Below are positions 19,020 through 28,511 of a stretch of DNA of 64,000 nt, piece by piece. The first letter of the stretch is position 1, and each line of letters opens with the position of its first letter. Under the pieces are notes generated by a model that worked only from the letters and a program-made list of their open reading frames with translations, had not been told where the DNA came from and ran no database searches. Origin of the DNA: Patescibacteria group bacterium (lineage in GTDB: Bacteria > Patescibacteriota > WWE3 > UBA101185 > UBA10185); the NCBI GenBank assembly GCA_032117075.1, contig JAUMAA010000001.1, forward strand, positions 13,597 to 77,596. Reading direction: 5' to 3'. A program made the position numbers and the translations under genes.

Positions 19020-19596
19020 TTTCTCCTACAAATGTATATTTTATTTCTTTATTTTCATCTATCCTTTCTATTGTTTCTAGTTTAATGCTTTTAAGTTTTG
19101 GGTTTTTACTTTGAAATTCCTTTATCTTCTCCTCAATATTTTGACTTGAATAAAAAAAGATAATTTTGAAACTATATTGATTGTCTACCTGATTAAATTG
19201 AATTAATTCTAAATTTGGATTTCCTATAAAAGAGAGAAGTGAAGATACTTCACTATAAAAAACACTTTGCTTAACTTTTATACTTTGATTTGCTTCTTTA
19301 AATCTTTTTAGATATTCTACTTCCGAATTTAGCTCGTAGATATATGTTTCTCTTGATTTGATTAGATCAATGTTTTGTTGAGTTTTTTCATCTATTTTAA
19401 ATTGCGAATTGCTTGTTAAGTTGAGGTAGGTTGTAAAAGAAACCCCTATTGAGAGAAAGACACTTATAAAAAAAATAAAATTCGTAATTCTTTGATCTTG
19501 ACCAGATTCTATAGATGGTAAATTGTCTAAAAGATTCAAATGTTTTTCGTTATTGAAACTATTTTGATTTTGATTTTTTGGCAGTTGGTTTGGCAT
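19006..19596 (-). CDS. PilN-like bitopic membrane protein
   Basis: TM, coiled coil, small alpha/beta domain; overlaps rpsT 3' end. Confidence 0.4.
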   Translation of the reverse strand: MPNQLPKNQNQNSFNNEKHLNLLDNLPSIESGQDQRITNFIFFISVFLSIGVSFTTYLNLTSNSQFKIDEKTQQNIDLIKSRETYIYELNSEVEYLKRFKEANQSIKVKQSVFYSEVSSLLSFIGNPNLELIQFNQVDNQYSFKIIFFYSSQNIEEKIKEFQSKNPKLKSIKLETIERIDENKEIKYTFVGEIDGR

Positions 19597-19861
19597 CAGT
19601 AGATTTAGCTACTTTGTTTGAGAGCTTTGATTTAATTCTATTAATTTTATTTCTATGCATTACTTTTTCTTTTGATGCCTTATCTAGAACTTTTTGTGCA
19701 AGTGATAGGGACTTAGTTAAGTCTTCTTGTGACTTACCATCCTTAATTAAATTCTGTAGGTTTTTAATTGCTGTTTTGATTCTTTTCTTCCATCCTAGGT
19801 TGTGGATGTGTTTTTTATTTGAGCTTCTTACAGCTTTTTTTGCTGAACTTGTGTTTGCCAT
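19559..19861 (-). CDS. rpsT: 30S ribosomal protein S20
   Basis: MANTSSAKKAVR, LDKA..K.V.H.NK..R.KS. Confidence 0.95.
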   Translation of the reverse strand: MANTSSAKKAVRSSNKKHIHNLGWKKRIKTAIKNLQNLIKDGKSQEDLTKSLSLAQKVLDKASKEKVMHRNKINRIKSKLSNKVAKSTDAKPTAKKSKSK

Positions 19862-19895
19862 ATGTAATACTAATTATGATAACATAACATTGTTT

Positions 19896-21548
19896 ATGGT
19901 CAAGTCATCAGGGCAGAAAATCAAGCAACTACTTACTATTACCTCCAATTCTATTCTTTCTGCTGCTTTCGTTATTTCTTTTTTTTATTTTATTTCTGCT
20001 GTTCTAGGATTACTTAAATCTAGGTTTATCATTTCTTATTTTGGAGCTTCTGAAAGTCTTGGTATTTACTATATTGCTGATAGAATCCCAAGTGCCATTT
20101 ATTCAACAATTTTTTTGGGAACATTTTCAACTGTTTTTATACCCTTGTTTACTAGGATTAATAAAGATGATGTTGAGGAATCCTATAAATTTGCTTCAAA
20201 TCTCTTTAATGTTCTTTTGACCTTTTTCTTAATAATAAGTATTCTTATAGCTATTTTTTCCCATGAAATACTCTATCTTTTAACCCTTGGGAAAGTTGGA
20301 CTTGACGAGTTGATCCTTGGTGTAGATTTACTTAGGATTATGTTGATTGGACAAGTTATTCTTATTATTAGTTCTTTTTTAACCTCAATTCTTAATGCTA
20401 AGAGACACTACCTATCAACATCTCTATCCCCGGTATTATTTAATATTGGATTTATAGTTTCACTACCACTTCTTCAGCCTTTCTTTGGAATTTATAGCTT
20501 GTCTTGGGCGATGGTTATAGGTGCAGTTTTTCACTTGCTAATTCAAATTCCTTCAATGTTTTTTATTGATTTCAAATATTTATTATTTTTTACCAATCTT
20601 AAAGATAAAAATTTGAAAGAATCAATTAAACTTTCTAGTGTAAATTTTATGACTACTCTTTTGGGTCACCTTGTTGCAGTCGCCGAAAATTCATTAGCCT
20701 TTTTGATATCCGCATCCTCCGTAGTTTATTTTAAATTAGCTGATCAGCTCCGTTATTTCCCAGTACATTTATTTGGGGCTTCAATATCAATTGCAGCTCT
20801 TCCCATAATGGCAGAAGAGTACAATGAAGGCGATAAGGATAATTTTTTTAGAATTATTAAAACCTCTCTTTTACAGATTCTGTATTTAAGTCTTCCAGTT
20901 ATGGTCCTTCTCATAGTTCTAAAGCTTCCAATTGTCAGACTGGTTTACGGTGCAGAAAAATTTACTTGGGAAGATACTTTAATAACAGCCCTTTGTTTGG
21001 CTATATTTTCACTTTCCATTCTTTCTCAATCAGCTTCCATTTTTCTTTCTAGATGTTTTTATGCTCTAAAAGATTCATTTCACCCATTTATTGCAACTCT
21101 AATTACTTTAATTATTACAATCACTTTTCCTCTCTACTTCATTTTTAATGGGTACGGGGTTTGGGCTGTTGTTGCTGGGTATGTGGTAGGTTCCTATATT
21201 AATTTGATTTATTTTTTATTTATGTTGAAAATAAAAATATCATTCCCATTAAGAGAATTATTTTCTTCTAGTGCAAAGATTTTTGCTTCAGGGTTTTTAA
21301 TGAGTTTATTTTTATATTTTCCTATGAGATTAATTGATACCTACCTACTTGATACTGCTTATGTCCTAGATCTTATTTACTTAACTGTCGGTGTATCAAC
21401 TTTAGGATTGGTAATTTATTTTATAGTTTCATATAAATTAAAAGTTCCTGAGGTATTACTATTATTTAAAGCTTTAAGAAAGTTAAAAGTTTCATCCAAG
21501 AATTTAGAAAATCTAGAAAATCAGTTAAATCAATCCATCTCTTCATAA
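19896..21548 (+). CDS. murJ: lipid II flippase MurJ/MviN (start moved to ATG 19896)
   Basis: Many TMs; FGAS, A.RIP, FIPLF, RCFYALKD; the longer ORF start overlaps rpsT antisense. Confidence 0.9.
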   Translation: MVKSSGQKIKQLLTITSNSILSAAFVISFFYFISAVLGLLKSRFIISYFGASESLGIYYIADRIPSAIYSTIFLGTFSTVFIPLFTRINKDDVEESYKFASNLFNVLLTFFLIISILIAIFSHEILYLLTLGKVGLDELILGVDLLRIMLIGQVILIISSFLTSILNAKRHYLSTSLSPVLFNIGFIVSLPLLQPFFGIYSLSWAMVIGAVFHLLIQIPSMFFIDFKYLLFFTNLKDKNLKESIKLSSVNFMTTLLGHLVAVAENSLAFLISASSVVYFKLADQLRYFPVHLFGASISIAALPIMAEEYNEGDKDNFFRIIKTSLLQILYLSLPVMVLLIVLKLPIVRLVYGAEKFTWEDTLITALCLAIFSLSILSQSASIFLSRCFYALKDSFHPFIATLITLIITITFPLYFIFNGYGVWAVVAGYVVGSYINLIYFLFMLKIKISFPLRELFSSSAKIFASGFLMSLFLYFPMRLIDTYLLDTAYVLDLIYLTVGVSTLGLVIYFIVSYKLKVPEVLLLFKALRKLKVSSKNLENLENQLNQSISS

Positions 21549-21595
21549 TTCAAGAAAGCACTAAATATGCTATTTCTTGGTAAAATACACCTGTT

Positions 21596-23419
21596 ATGGA
21601 AAAAAAACAGCTAATAGATTCAGCAAATATTAGGAATTTTTGTATTATTGCACATATTGATCATGGAAAATCTACCCTAGCAGATAGACTTCTTGAGTAT
21701 ACTAAAACCATCGAAAAAAGAGACTTAAAAGAACAAACCCTTGATTCACTGGATCTTGAAAAAGAAAGAGGTATTACTATTAAACTCAAGCCTGTAAGAA
21801 TGGAATACACTTTAGATAGTGATTTGTATGAATTAAATCTGATTGATACTCCCGGACATGTTGACTTCTCCTATGAGGTTTCAAGGTCTCTTGCTGCTTG
21901 TGAAGGTGCTATTTTAGTAGTTGATGCTACTCAGGGTATTCAAGCCCAAACTGTTTCAAATGTTTATAAAGCAATTGATGCTAATTTAACAATTATTCCC
22001 GTACTGAATAAAATAGATTTACCGTCCTCGGATGTTGAAAAAGTTGCTAATGACTTAGTAAATACTTTCGGTTTTTCTCATGACGAGATATTAAAAGTCA
22101 GTGCCAAAACTGGTGAAGGAGTCCACGAGCTTATTAAAGAGGTCATTGATAGAATTCCTACACCTATTAATAATATAGACAAACCTTTAAGAGCATTAAT
22201 TTTTGATTCATTTTACGATTCATATTTAGGGGTAGTGGCAGTTGTTAAGGTGGTAGACGGATCTATTTCAACGAAGGAAATCTCTACAAGAAAAGAACTT
22301 AAATTTTTTGCTACTAATTCCTTTTCAATTCCAGAAGGGATTGGAACTTTTCAACCAACCAGAAAACCTTGCGAATTGCTTAGAAGTGGGGAGGTAGGTT
22401 ATATCGTGACAGGTCTTAAAAATATTTCAAAAGTAAAAGTTGGAGATACTATCGGATTTACTGCTAATGGTACCTTAGAAGAACTTCCTGGTTATAAAGA
22501 AGTAAAACCTTTTGTGTTCTTATCAATTTATACAGTTGATAATGACAAATTTCCAGACTTGAGAGAAGCTCTTGAGAAAATGGCCCTAACTGATTCTTCG
22601 ATTTCATATGAGCCTGAAAACAATATGGCTTTAGGGTTTGGTTTTAGATGTGGATTTTTAGGACTACTTCATGCTGATGTTATTCAAGAAAGACTTGAAA
22701 GAGAATTTAATTTAGACTTAATTTCCACAACTCCTTCTGTTGAATATCAAGTTGACCTAACTTCTGGAGAATCTATCGAAGTAAGAACTGCTTATGATAT
22801 GCCTGATGTGACTAGAATTTCTCAGATCAGAGAGCCTTGGATTTTAATGACCATCGTAACCCCAAATACTTATACAGGGCCAATTATCACTCTTTGTGAA
22901 ACTAAAAGAGGAACAATGAAAAAAATGGAATACCCAACAACAGACAGAGTAATTTTTGAATACGAAATTCCTTTAGTAGAACTTATTTCAAATTTCTTTG
23001 ATGAATTAAAAAGCATCACTTCTGGTTATGCTTCTTTAGATTATGAAATGCTTGATTATAGACCTGTGAAAGCAGTAAAGGTTGATATTTTGGTCCATAA
23101 CCAAATTGTTCCACCCCTTTCCTTTATTGTTGTCAGAGAGAAAGCAGAGTTAACTTCTAGAGCTTTGTTAAAAAAATTAAAAGATATTATTCCAAGACAA
23201 CAATTTCAAGTTTCTTTACAAGCTGCGATTAATTCTAAAGTTATTGCTAGAGAGGATTTGTCTGGATTTAGAAAAGACGTTTTAGCTAAAATGTCTGGAG
23301 GACATAGAGAAAGAAAAGATAAACTTTTAGATATTCAAAAAAAAGGTAAAGAGAGAATGAAGAAGTTTGGAAAAGTTGATATCCCTCAAGACGCCTTTAG
23401 GCAAATTCTTTCTTTATAA
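21596..23419 (+). CDS. lepA: elongation factor 4
   Basis: IRNFCIIAHIDHGKSTLADR, DTPGHVDF, GFRCGFLGLLH. Confidence 0.97.
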   Translation: MEKKQLIDSANIRNFCIIAHIDHGKSTLADRLLEYTKTIEKRDLKEQTLDSLDLEKERGITIKLKPVRMEYTLDSDLYELNLIDTPGHVDFSYEVSRSLAACEGAILVVDATQGIQAQTVSNVYKAIDANLTIIPVLNKIDLPSSDVEKVANDLVNTFGFSHDEILKVSAKTGEGVHELIKEVIDRIPTPINNIDKPLRALIFDSFYDSYLGVVAVVKVVDGSISTKEISTRKELKFFATNSFSIPEGIGTFQPTRKPCELLRSGEVGYIVTGLKNISKVKVGDTIGFTANGTLEELPGYKEVKPFVFLSIYTVDNDKFPDLREALEKMALTDSSISYEPENNMALGFGFRCGFLGLLHADVIQERLEREFNLDLISTTPSVEYQVDLTSGESIEVRTAYDMPDVTRISQIREPWILMTIVTPNTYTGPIITLCETKRGTMKKMEYPTTDRVIFEYEIPLVELISNFFDELKSITSGYASLDYEMLDYRPVKAVKVDILVHNQIVPPLSFIVVREKAELTSRALLKKLKDIIPRQQFQVSLQAAINSKVIAREDLSGFRKDVLAKMSGGHRERKDKLLDIQKKGKERMKKFGKVDIPQDAFRQILSL

Positions 23420-23442
23420 AAATTAGATTATAGAATAGAGAT

Positions 23443-23846
23443 ATGGGTACTTTAAAGTCAAAGTTTATTTTAACTACTAGATTTATGTTTTCTGTTAGTT
23501 TCTTATTATTTTCTTTAATGTCCGTATTTTATTTTTTAGATCAATTTTTTTTAAATCGTTCACGAGTTTTCTAACCTATATTTCTGTCTTTATAACTCAT
23601 ATTTCAATTGGATTTTATTTAATAATGCCAATATTAAGATTTATATTTAATTTTAGAAAAATAGAAACTACTGATGAAGTAAAAATGACCTCAGGTTTTT
23701 ATATTAGATATCTTATAGGAATAGGACTATTATATTTATATTTAATGTTTTTTATAGAAATATACCCTGAATACTTTATTATAATTTTTCTTACATTTCA
23801 TGTAATTTGTATAAATACTTTAAAAAACTCTAGTTATATTAATTAA
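23443..23846 (+). pseudogene. membrane protein gene frameshifted at T8 (23545-23552)
   Basis: ATG 23443 frame stops at 23574; one extra T joins it to ORF 23625-23846 giving 134 aa with about 4 TMs. Confidence 0.6.
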
Positions 23847-23894
23847 GTTCAGAAACTTAGTTAGTATGAAAATCATACATTTTAACTTTACATA

Positions 23895-23930
23895 TTGATT
23901 TTTTTAGCAGAGTTATTATAATAGTGACAA
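23895..23930 (+). promoter_or_regulatory. hrcA promoter with degenerate CIRCE
   Basis: TTGATT-N16-TATAAT; TTAGCAGAG-N9-TAGTGACAA at 23904-23930 (6/9 + 6/9 to CIRCE). Confidence 0.6.
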
Positions 23931-24662
23931 ATGACATTTAATTTATCAGAAAGACAAATTAAACTGCTCGATGCTATTATCTCAGAATACCTTTCAACCT
24001 CTGAGCCTGTAGGATCTAATTATCTTGTTAAAAAATATAATTTAACTATATCCCCTGCTACCGTCAGGAACGAGATGGCTGAGCTTTTGAGAAAAGGTTT
24101 TTTGGAGATGTCCCACTCTTCAGCGGGAAGAATTCCTACTTCAATGGCTTACAAATATTTCTTACAAGAACTTTTAGAGGAGGAAGAGTTGCCAGTTTTA
24201 CAAGAAGTAGCGATCAGACAAAAACTATATGCAAATAGATACGAGTTTGAAAAATTACTTCAGAGGGCTGTTGTATCTTTGGCAGATTTGACTCAAGAGT
24301 TGTGTATAGCAGTAACTCATGATGGATTTATGGTTCATGCAGGATCTGTTTACATTTTGGACAAAAAAGAATTTTGGGAAATTGATGTCACCAAAGCAGC
24401 TTTGGGACTTTTGGATAACTTTGAGTTATTTGATCAAATTTTAAGAAGAATACCTGAATATTCAAATGAGGCCCAATATTTGATTGGGGACGAGATTGGA
24501 ATGCCTTCATTAAGAAATTGTTCAATTGTCTTTACAAAGTTTAAAACTCCCAAAACTAGCGGATTTTTAGCAGTACTTGGTCCGTCTAGAATGAAATACC
24601 AAACAGTACTCCCTTCCTTAAAGTACTCAAAAATGTTAATAGAAGAAATACTTAATTCTTAA
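23931..24662 (+). CDS. hrcA: heat-inducible transcription repressor (short)
   Basis: EPVGS, SPATVRNEM, HSSAGRIPT, LGPSRMKY. Confidence 0.93.
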   Translation: MTFNLSERQIKLLDAIISEYLSTSEPVGSNYLVKKYNLTISPATVRNEMAELLRKGFLEMSHSSAGRIPTSMAYKYFLQELLEEEELPVLQEVAIRQKLYANRYEFEKLLQRAVVSLADLTQELCIAVTHDGFMVHAGSVYILDKKEFWEIDVTKAALGLLDNFELFDQILRRIPEYSNEAQYLIGDEIGMPSLRNCSIVFTKFKTPKTSGFLAVLGPSRMKYQTVLPSLKYSKMLIEEILNS

Positions 24663-24668
24663 ATAATT

Positions 24669-25115
24669 ATGGATGAAAATACAAACAACAATCTATCAGA
24701 AATAGACATTTTAAAGACTCAGATAAACGATTTAGACAATAATTGGAAAAGAGCACTTGCTGATTATAAAAATTTAGTAGATAGAACAAATAAAGAAAAG
24801 AAAGATGTTTATGAATTTGCTAATTCTTCTCTACTTTTGAGCTTACTTCCAGTTTACGATTCTCTTGAAATGCTTGGAAAGTACAATCAAGATCAAGGTT
24901 TGCTTTTGACAATAAAACAGTTCAAACAAGTGTTGAGCGAAGAAGGTTTGAAAGAAATTGAAACAAATGGAAAAGATTATGATGTTAATGAGATGGAAGC
25001 AGTGGATATGGTAGAAGGAGAAGAAGGTAAAGTAGTAGAAGAATTAAGTAAAGGATTTTATTTTAAAGGAAGACTTTTAAGACCTGCAAGGGTAAAAGTT
25101 GGAAAAGGTAATTAA
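24669..25115 (+). CDS. grpE: nucleotide exchange factor GrpE
   Basis: [19 protein letters not shown]; synteny. Confidence 0.95.
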   Translation: MDENTNNNLSEIDILKTQINDLDNNWKRALADYKNLVDRTNKEKKDVYEFANSSLLLSLLPVYDSLEMLGKYNQDQGLLLTIKQFKQVLSEEGLKEIETNGKDYDVNEMEAVDMVEGEEGKVVEELSKGFYFKGRLLRPARVKVGKGN

Positions 25116-25135
25116 TTTTAAAGGAGGACAACCAT

Positions 25136-27010
25136 ATGGGTAAAATAATAGGTATTGACCTAGGTACAACAAATTCTGCCGTAGTATTTCTTGAAGGGGG
25201 AAACCCTAAAGTTATTCCAAGTCATGAAGGAACAAATACAACTCCTTCCGTTGTCGCACTTGGTAAAAACGATGTTGTAGGAATTCCTGCAAAAAGACAA
25301 CAAATAGTAAATCCGAAGAACACAATTTTTTCAGCTAAAAGACTGATGGGAAGAATGTATTCTGATCCTGAAATTCAAAAGCTAAAAAACGATATGCCTT
25401 ACTCAATTGTTGAAGGTAAAAATGGAATGGCTTGTATTGAGGTTGAGGGAAAAGTGTATACTCCACAAGAAATTTCTGCAAAAATTTTAACTAAACTTAA
25501 AGCTGATGCTGAAAGTTTTTTAGGAGAGCCGATAACTGAAGCTGTTATTACAGTTCCAGCCTATTTTAATGATGCACAAAGAAGTGCTACTAAGGAGGCG
25601 GGAACAATTGCAGGACTTGATGTTAAAAGAATTATCAACGAACCAACTGCTGCATCTTTGGCATACGGACTCGATAAAAAAACTAATGAGAAAATTGTAG
25701 TTTACGACTTAGGAGGAGGAACATTTGATGTTTCTGTTCTTGAGATAGGTGATGGAGTTTTTGAAGTTAAGGCAACTAATGGAGATACTCATTTGGGGGG
25801 AGATGACTTCGACCAACATATAATTGATTACTTAATTTCAGAATTTAAGAAATCAGACGGAATTGACTTGGCAAACGATAAACAAGCTCTTCAAAGACTC
25901 AAAGATGCTGCTGAAAAAGCTAAAATTGAACTTTCATCGGCTCTTGAAACTGATGTCAACATCCCATTTATTACAGCCGATGCTTCTGGACCAAAACATA
26001 TCAATATCAAATTAACTAGAGCAAAATTAGAAAGTTTAGTTGATGATTTGATTCAAAGAACTATTGTTCCAATTGAAAATGCTTTGAAGGATTCAGGAAT
26101 TTCTAAAAATCAAATTGATGAAATTGTAATGGTTGGTGGAATGACCAGAATGCCAAAAGTCCAAGAAGTTGTTAAAAGCTATTTTGGTAAAGATACCAAC
26201 AGGTCTATCAATCCTGATGAAGTTGTAGCAATCGGTGCTGCAATTCAAGGAGGTGTTTTGTCTGGACAAGTTAAAGATGTTTTACTTTTAGATGTTACCC
26301 CTTTAACTCTAGGTATTGAAACTTTGGGAAGTGTTTCAACCCCTCTCATTAAGAGAAATACTACTGTTCCTACTTCTGCATCACAAGTATTCTCAACAGC
26401 AGCAGACAATCAAACATCCGTAGAAATAAATATTTTACAGGGTGAAAGAGAGATGGCAGCTGATAATAAATCACTTGGTAGATTCATTTTAGATGGTATC
26501 CCTCCAGCACATAGAGGAGTTCCTCAAATTGAGGTAACCTTTGATATTGATGCTAATGGGTTACTGCATGTTTCAGCAAAAGAAAAAGTAACTGGTAAGG
26601 AACAAAAAATTACCATTACAGGATCAACTGGACTTGATAAAAATGAAGTAGAAAGAATCGTTAGAGAAGCAGAAGCAAACAAAGAAGCTGACAAGAAAAG
26701 AAAAGAGGAAGCAGAAAGTAGAAACCATGCTGAAAGTTTGATTCATCAAGCTAAAAAGGCAATAATTGAAGCGGGTGATAATTTACCTACCGAAACAAAA
26801 ACTGAAATTGAAGAGAAAATCAAATCCTTAGAGGATGTATTGTCTACAGCTTCCAAAGAAGAGTTGGATAAAAAAACTAATGAGTTAAATGAAACTTTGG
26901 CCAAATTTGGAGATCAACTTTATAAAAAAGATGAACCAAAAAATGACCAGGGAGGAAACAATACTCAAAACAATCCAAACGAACCAATGGAAGGTGAAAT
27001 AGTTTCTTAA
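25136..27010 (+). CDS. dnaK: chaperone DnaK
   Basis: [25 protein letters not shown]; SD AAAGGAGG. Confidence 0.98.
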   Translation: MGKIIGIDLGTTNSAVVFLEGGNPKVIPSHEGTNTTPSVVALGKNDVVGIPAKRQQIVNPKNTIFSAKRLMGRMYSDPEIQKLKNDMPYSIVEGKNGMACIEVEGKVYTPQEISAKILTKLKADAESFLGEPITEAVITVPAYFNDAQRSATKEAGTIAGLDVKRIINEPTAASLAYGLDKKTNEKIVVYDLGGGTFDVSVLEIGDGVFEVKATNGDTHLGGDDFDQHIIDYLISEFKKSDGIDLANDKQALQRLKDAAEKAKIELSSALETDVNIPFITADASGPKHINIKLTRAKLESLVDDLIQRTIVPIENALKDSGISKNQIDEIVMVGGMTRMPKVQEVVKSYFGKDTNRSINPDEVVAIGAAIQGGVLSGQVKDVLLLDVTPLTLGIETLGSVSTPLIKRNTTVPTSASQVFSTAADNQTSVEINILQGEREMAADNKSLGRFILDGIPPAHRGVPQIEVTFDIDANGLLHVSAKEKVTGKEQKITITGSTGLDKNEVERIVREAEANKEADKKRKEEAESRNHAESLIHQAKKAIIEAGDNLPTETKTEIEEKIKSLEDVLSTASKEELDKKTNELNETLAKFGDQLYKKDEPKNDQGGNNTQNNPNEPMEGEIVS

Positions 27011-27046
27011 GTTTTGTATTTAGGAAATTTAAAAAGATAAATGAAG

Positions 27047-27073
27047 ATGGCGCGGCTTAAAAAGCCGCGCCAT
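27047..27073. terminator. GC-rich hairpin between dnaK and the convergent orphan
   Basis: ATGGCGCGGCTT-AAA-AAGCCGCGCCAT perfect 12-bp stem. Confidence 0.85.
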
Positions 27074-27080
27074 TTCTCTC

Positions 27081-27410
27081 TCACAAATTCACATTTTCCA
27101 TAATCAGTTTGAATATGGAAAAAGTGAGGTAAACCCGCTCCAAGGAAAAGGGTTTTAGGTAACCTGCAGCAATTGCAGTACCTGCACCTAAAAACACCCA
27201 GCTCCCTAACATTTGCGAAGTGGCAAATGTTAAAACGTATCCGTCTCTTAGAACTATTCGTTTAATCAAACTTTCAGCATAGCTGATGTTTGTTTCTTTC
27301 GAAAGTCTTGAGAGGACATTTCTGGCAATGAGCATTATTCTTATTCTCAGGGCAATTGCCGAGGAACTAAGAACCGCTCCCCCAACAAGGGCCATAATTT
27401 CGGTGAACAC
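27081..27410 (-). CDS. hypothetical hydrophobic protein inserted between dnaK and dnaJ
   Basis: GTG start with SD GAAAGGAGAG; TGGTAAAAT at 27446-27438. Confidence 0.6.
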   Translation of the reverse strand: MFTEIMALVGGAVLSSSAIALRIRIMLIARNVLSRLSKETNISYAESLIKRIVLRDGYVLTFATSQMLGSWVFLGAGTAIAAGYLKPFSLERVYLTFSIFKLIMENVNL

Positions 27411-27479
27411 TGACTCTCTCCTTTCAGATCAGGAAGAATTTTACCATAAATTAGGTACTTTTTGGTAAAATAAGTGTCT

Positions 27480-28382
27480 ATGAGTCAAATAAGAGACTAC
27501 TACGAAATATTAGGTATACCTAAAAATGCCTCAGATGCTGATATTAAAAAAGCCTACAGAAACTTAGCAAGGGAGCATCACCCAGATATGGTGAAGGATT
27601 CAGACAAAGCTTCTGCTGAAAAAAAATTTAAAGAGATTAATGAAGCTTACCAGGTTTTATCCGATGCAGAGAAAAAAAAGCAATATGATCAGTTTGGCCA
27701 CAATGCTTTCAAGCAAGGTGGAGGAGCTGGGGCTTCTGGTTTTGGTGGATTTGGTCAAGGACCTTTTGGGTATTCATATAGCGGTGGAAATATTAATATA
27801 GATCCATTTGAGATATTTGAAGAGGTGTTTGGATTTGGTGGATTTGGAAGAGCGAGAAAAGGCAAAAATATTTACTATGAGATAAAAGTTTCATTTGAAG
27901 AAGCGGTAAAAGGCGGTGAAAGAAAAATAAAGGTAGAAACAGGAGAATATACCATCAAGATACCTAAAGGAATTGTTGAGGGTATGGAGATGAGATTTGC
28001 TGGTAAAGGAATGCCTGGTCCAAACAATCTTCCCAACGGCGATTTATTAGTATCTTTTAGAGTATCTTTCCCTGAGAAATTAGAAAGATTCAATGAAAAT
28101 GTACTACAAATATTAGAAGTTGACTTTATTACAGCTGTGCTGGGAGGTGAGATGGAAGTTAAAGTTATAGATGAAAAAGAGGAAAAAGGAATAACTAATA
28201 AAAAGGTAAAAATCCCTGAGGGTGTTGAGTCTGGAACCAGGTTACAATTAAGAGGTTATGGAATGCCAAAAATTAATTCAAACAGTAAAGGTGACATGTT
28301 TATAGATATTAAAGTTAAATTACCAAAAAAACTATCTAAAGCCCAAAGGAAGTACCTGGAAGAATATAGAAATCTTAAATAA
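27480..28382 (+). CDS. dnaJ: DnaJ co-chaperone lacking the zinc-finger domain
   Basis: J domain with HPD, G/F region, C-terminal domain; no CxxCxGxG repeats; ATG 27480 preferred. Confidence 0.9.
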   Translation: MSQIRDYYEILGIPKNASDADIKKAYRNLAREHHPDMVKDSDKASAEKKFKEINEAYQVLSDAEKKKQYDQFGHNAFKQGGGAGASGFGGFGQGPFGYSYSGGNINIDPFEIFEEVFGFGGFGRARKGKNIYYEIKVSFEEAVKGGERKIKVETGEYTIKIPKGIVEGMEMRFAGKGMPGPNNLPNGDLLVSFRVSFPEKLERFNENVLQILEVDFITAVLGGEMEVKVIDEKEEKGITNKKVKIPEGVESGTRLQLRGYGMPKINSNSKGDMFIDIKVKLPKKLSKAQRKYLEEYRNLK

Positions 28383-28436
28383 GGTTGAAAAAATCAAATA
28401 TTGCTATATAATTCTAGTTGAATAGGTTTCTTTTCA

Positions 28437-28460
28437 GGAGTGGGTTAATCCCGCTTTTTT
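28437..28460 (+). promoter_or_regulatory. nusA leader attenuator (rimP/ylxS-leader-like hairpin)
   Basis: GGAGTGGG-TTAAT-CCCGCTTTTTT downstream of TTGAAA-N16-TATAAT (28385-28412). Confidence 0.65.
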
Positions 28461-28511
28461 ATTAAGTAAGTGTTTATTTTCAAATTACAAATTTGAAGAA
28501 AGTGTTTAAGA

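Noticed and set aside
19578-19895. 106-aa N-terminal extension of MurJ
   Set aside because: It is the antisense of rpsT; the ATG at 19896 gives a normal-sized MurJ.
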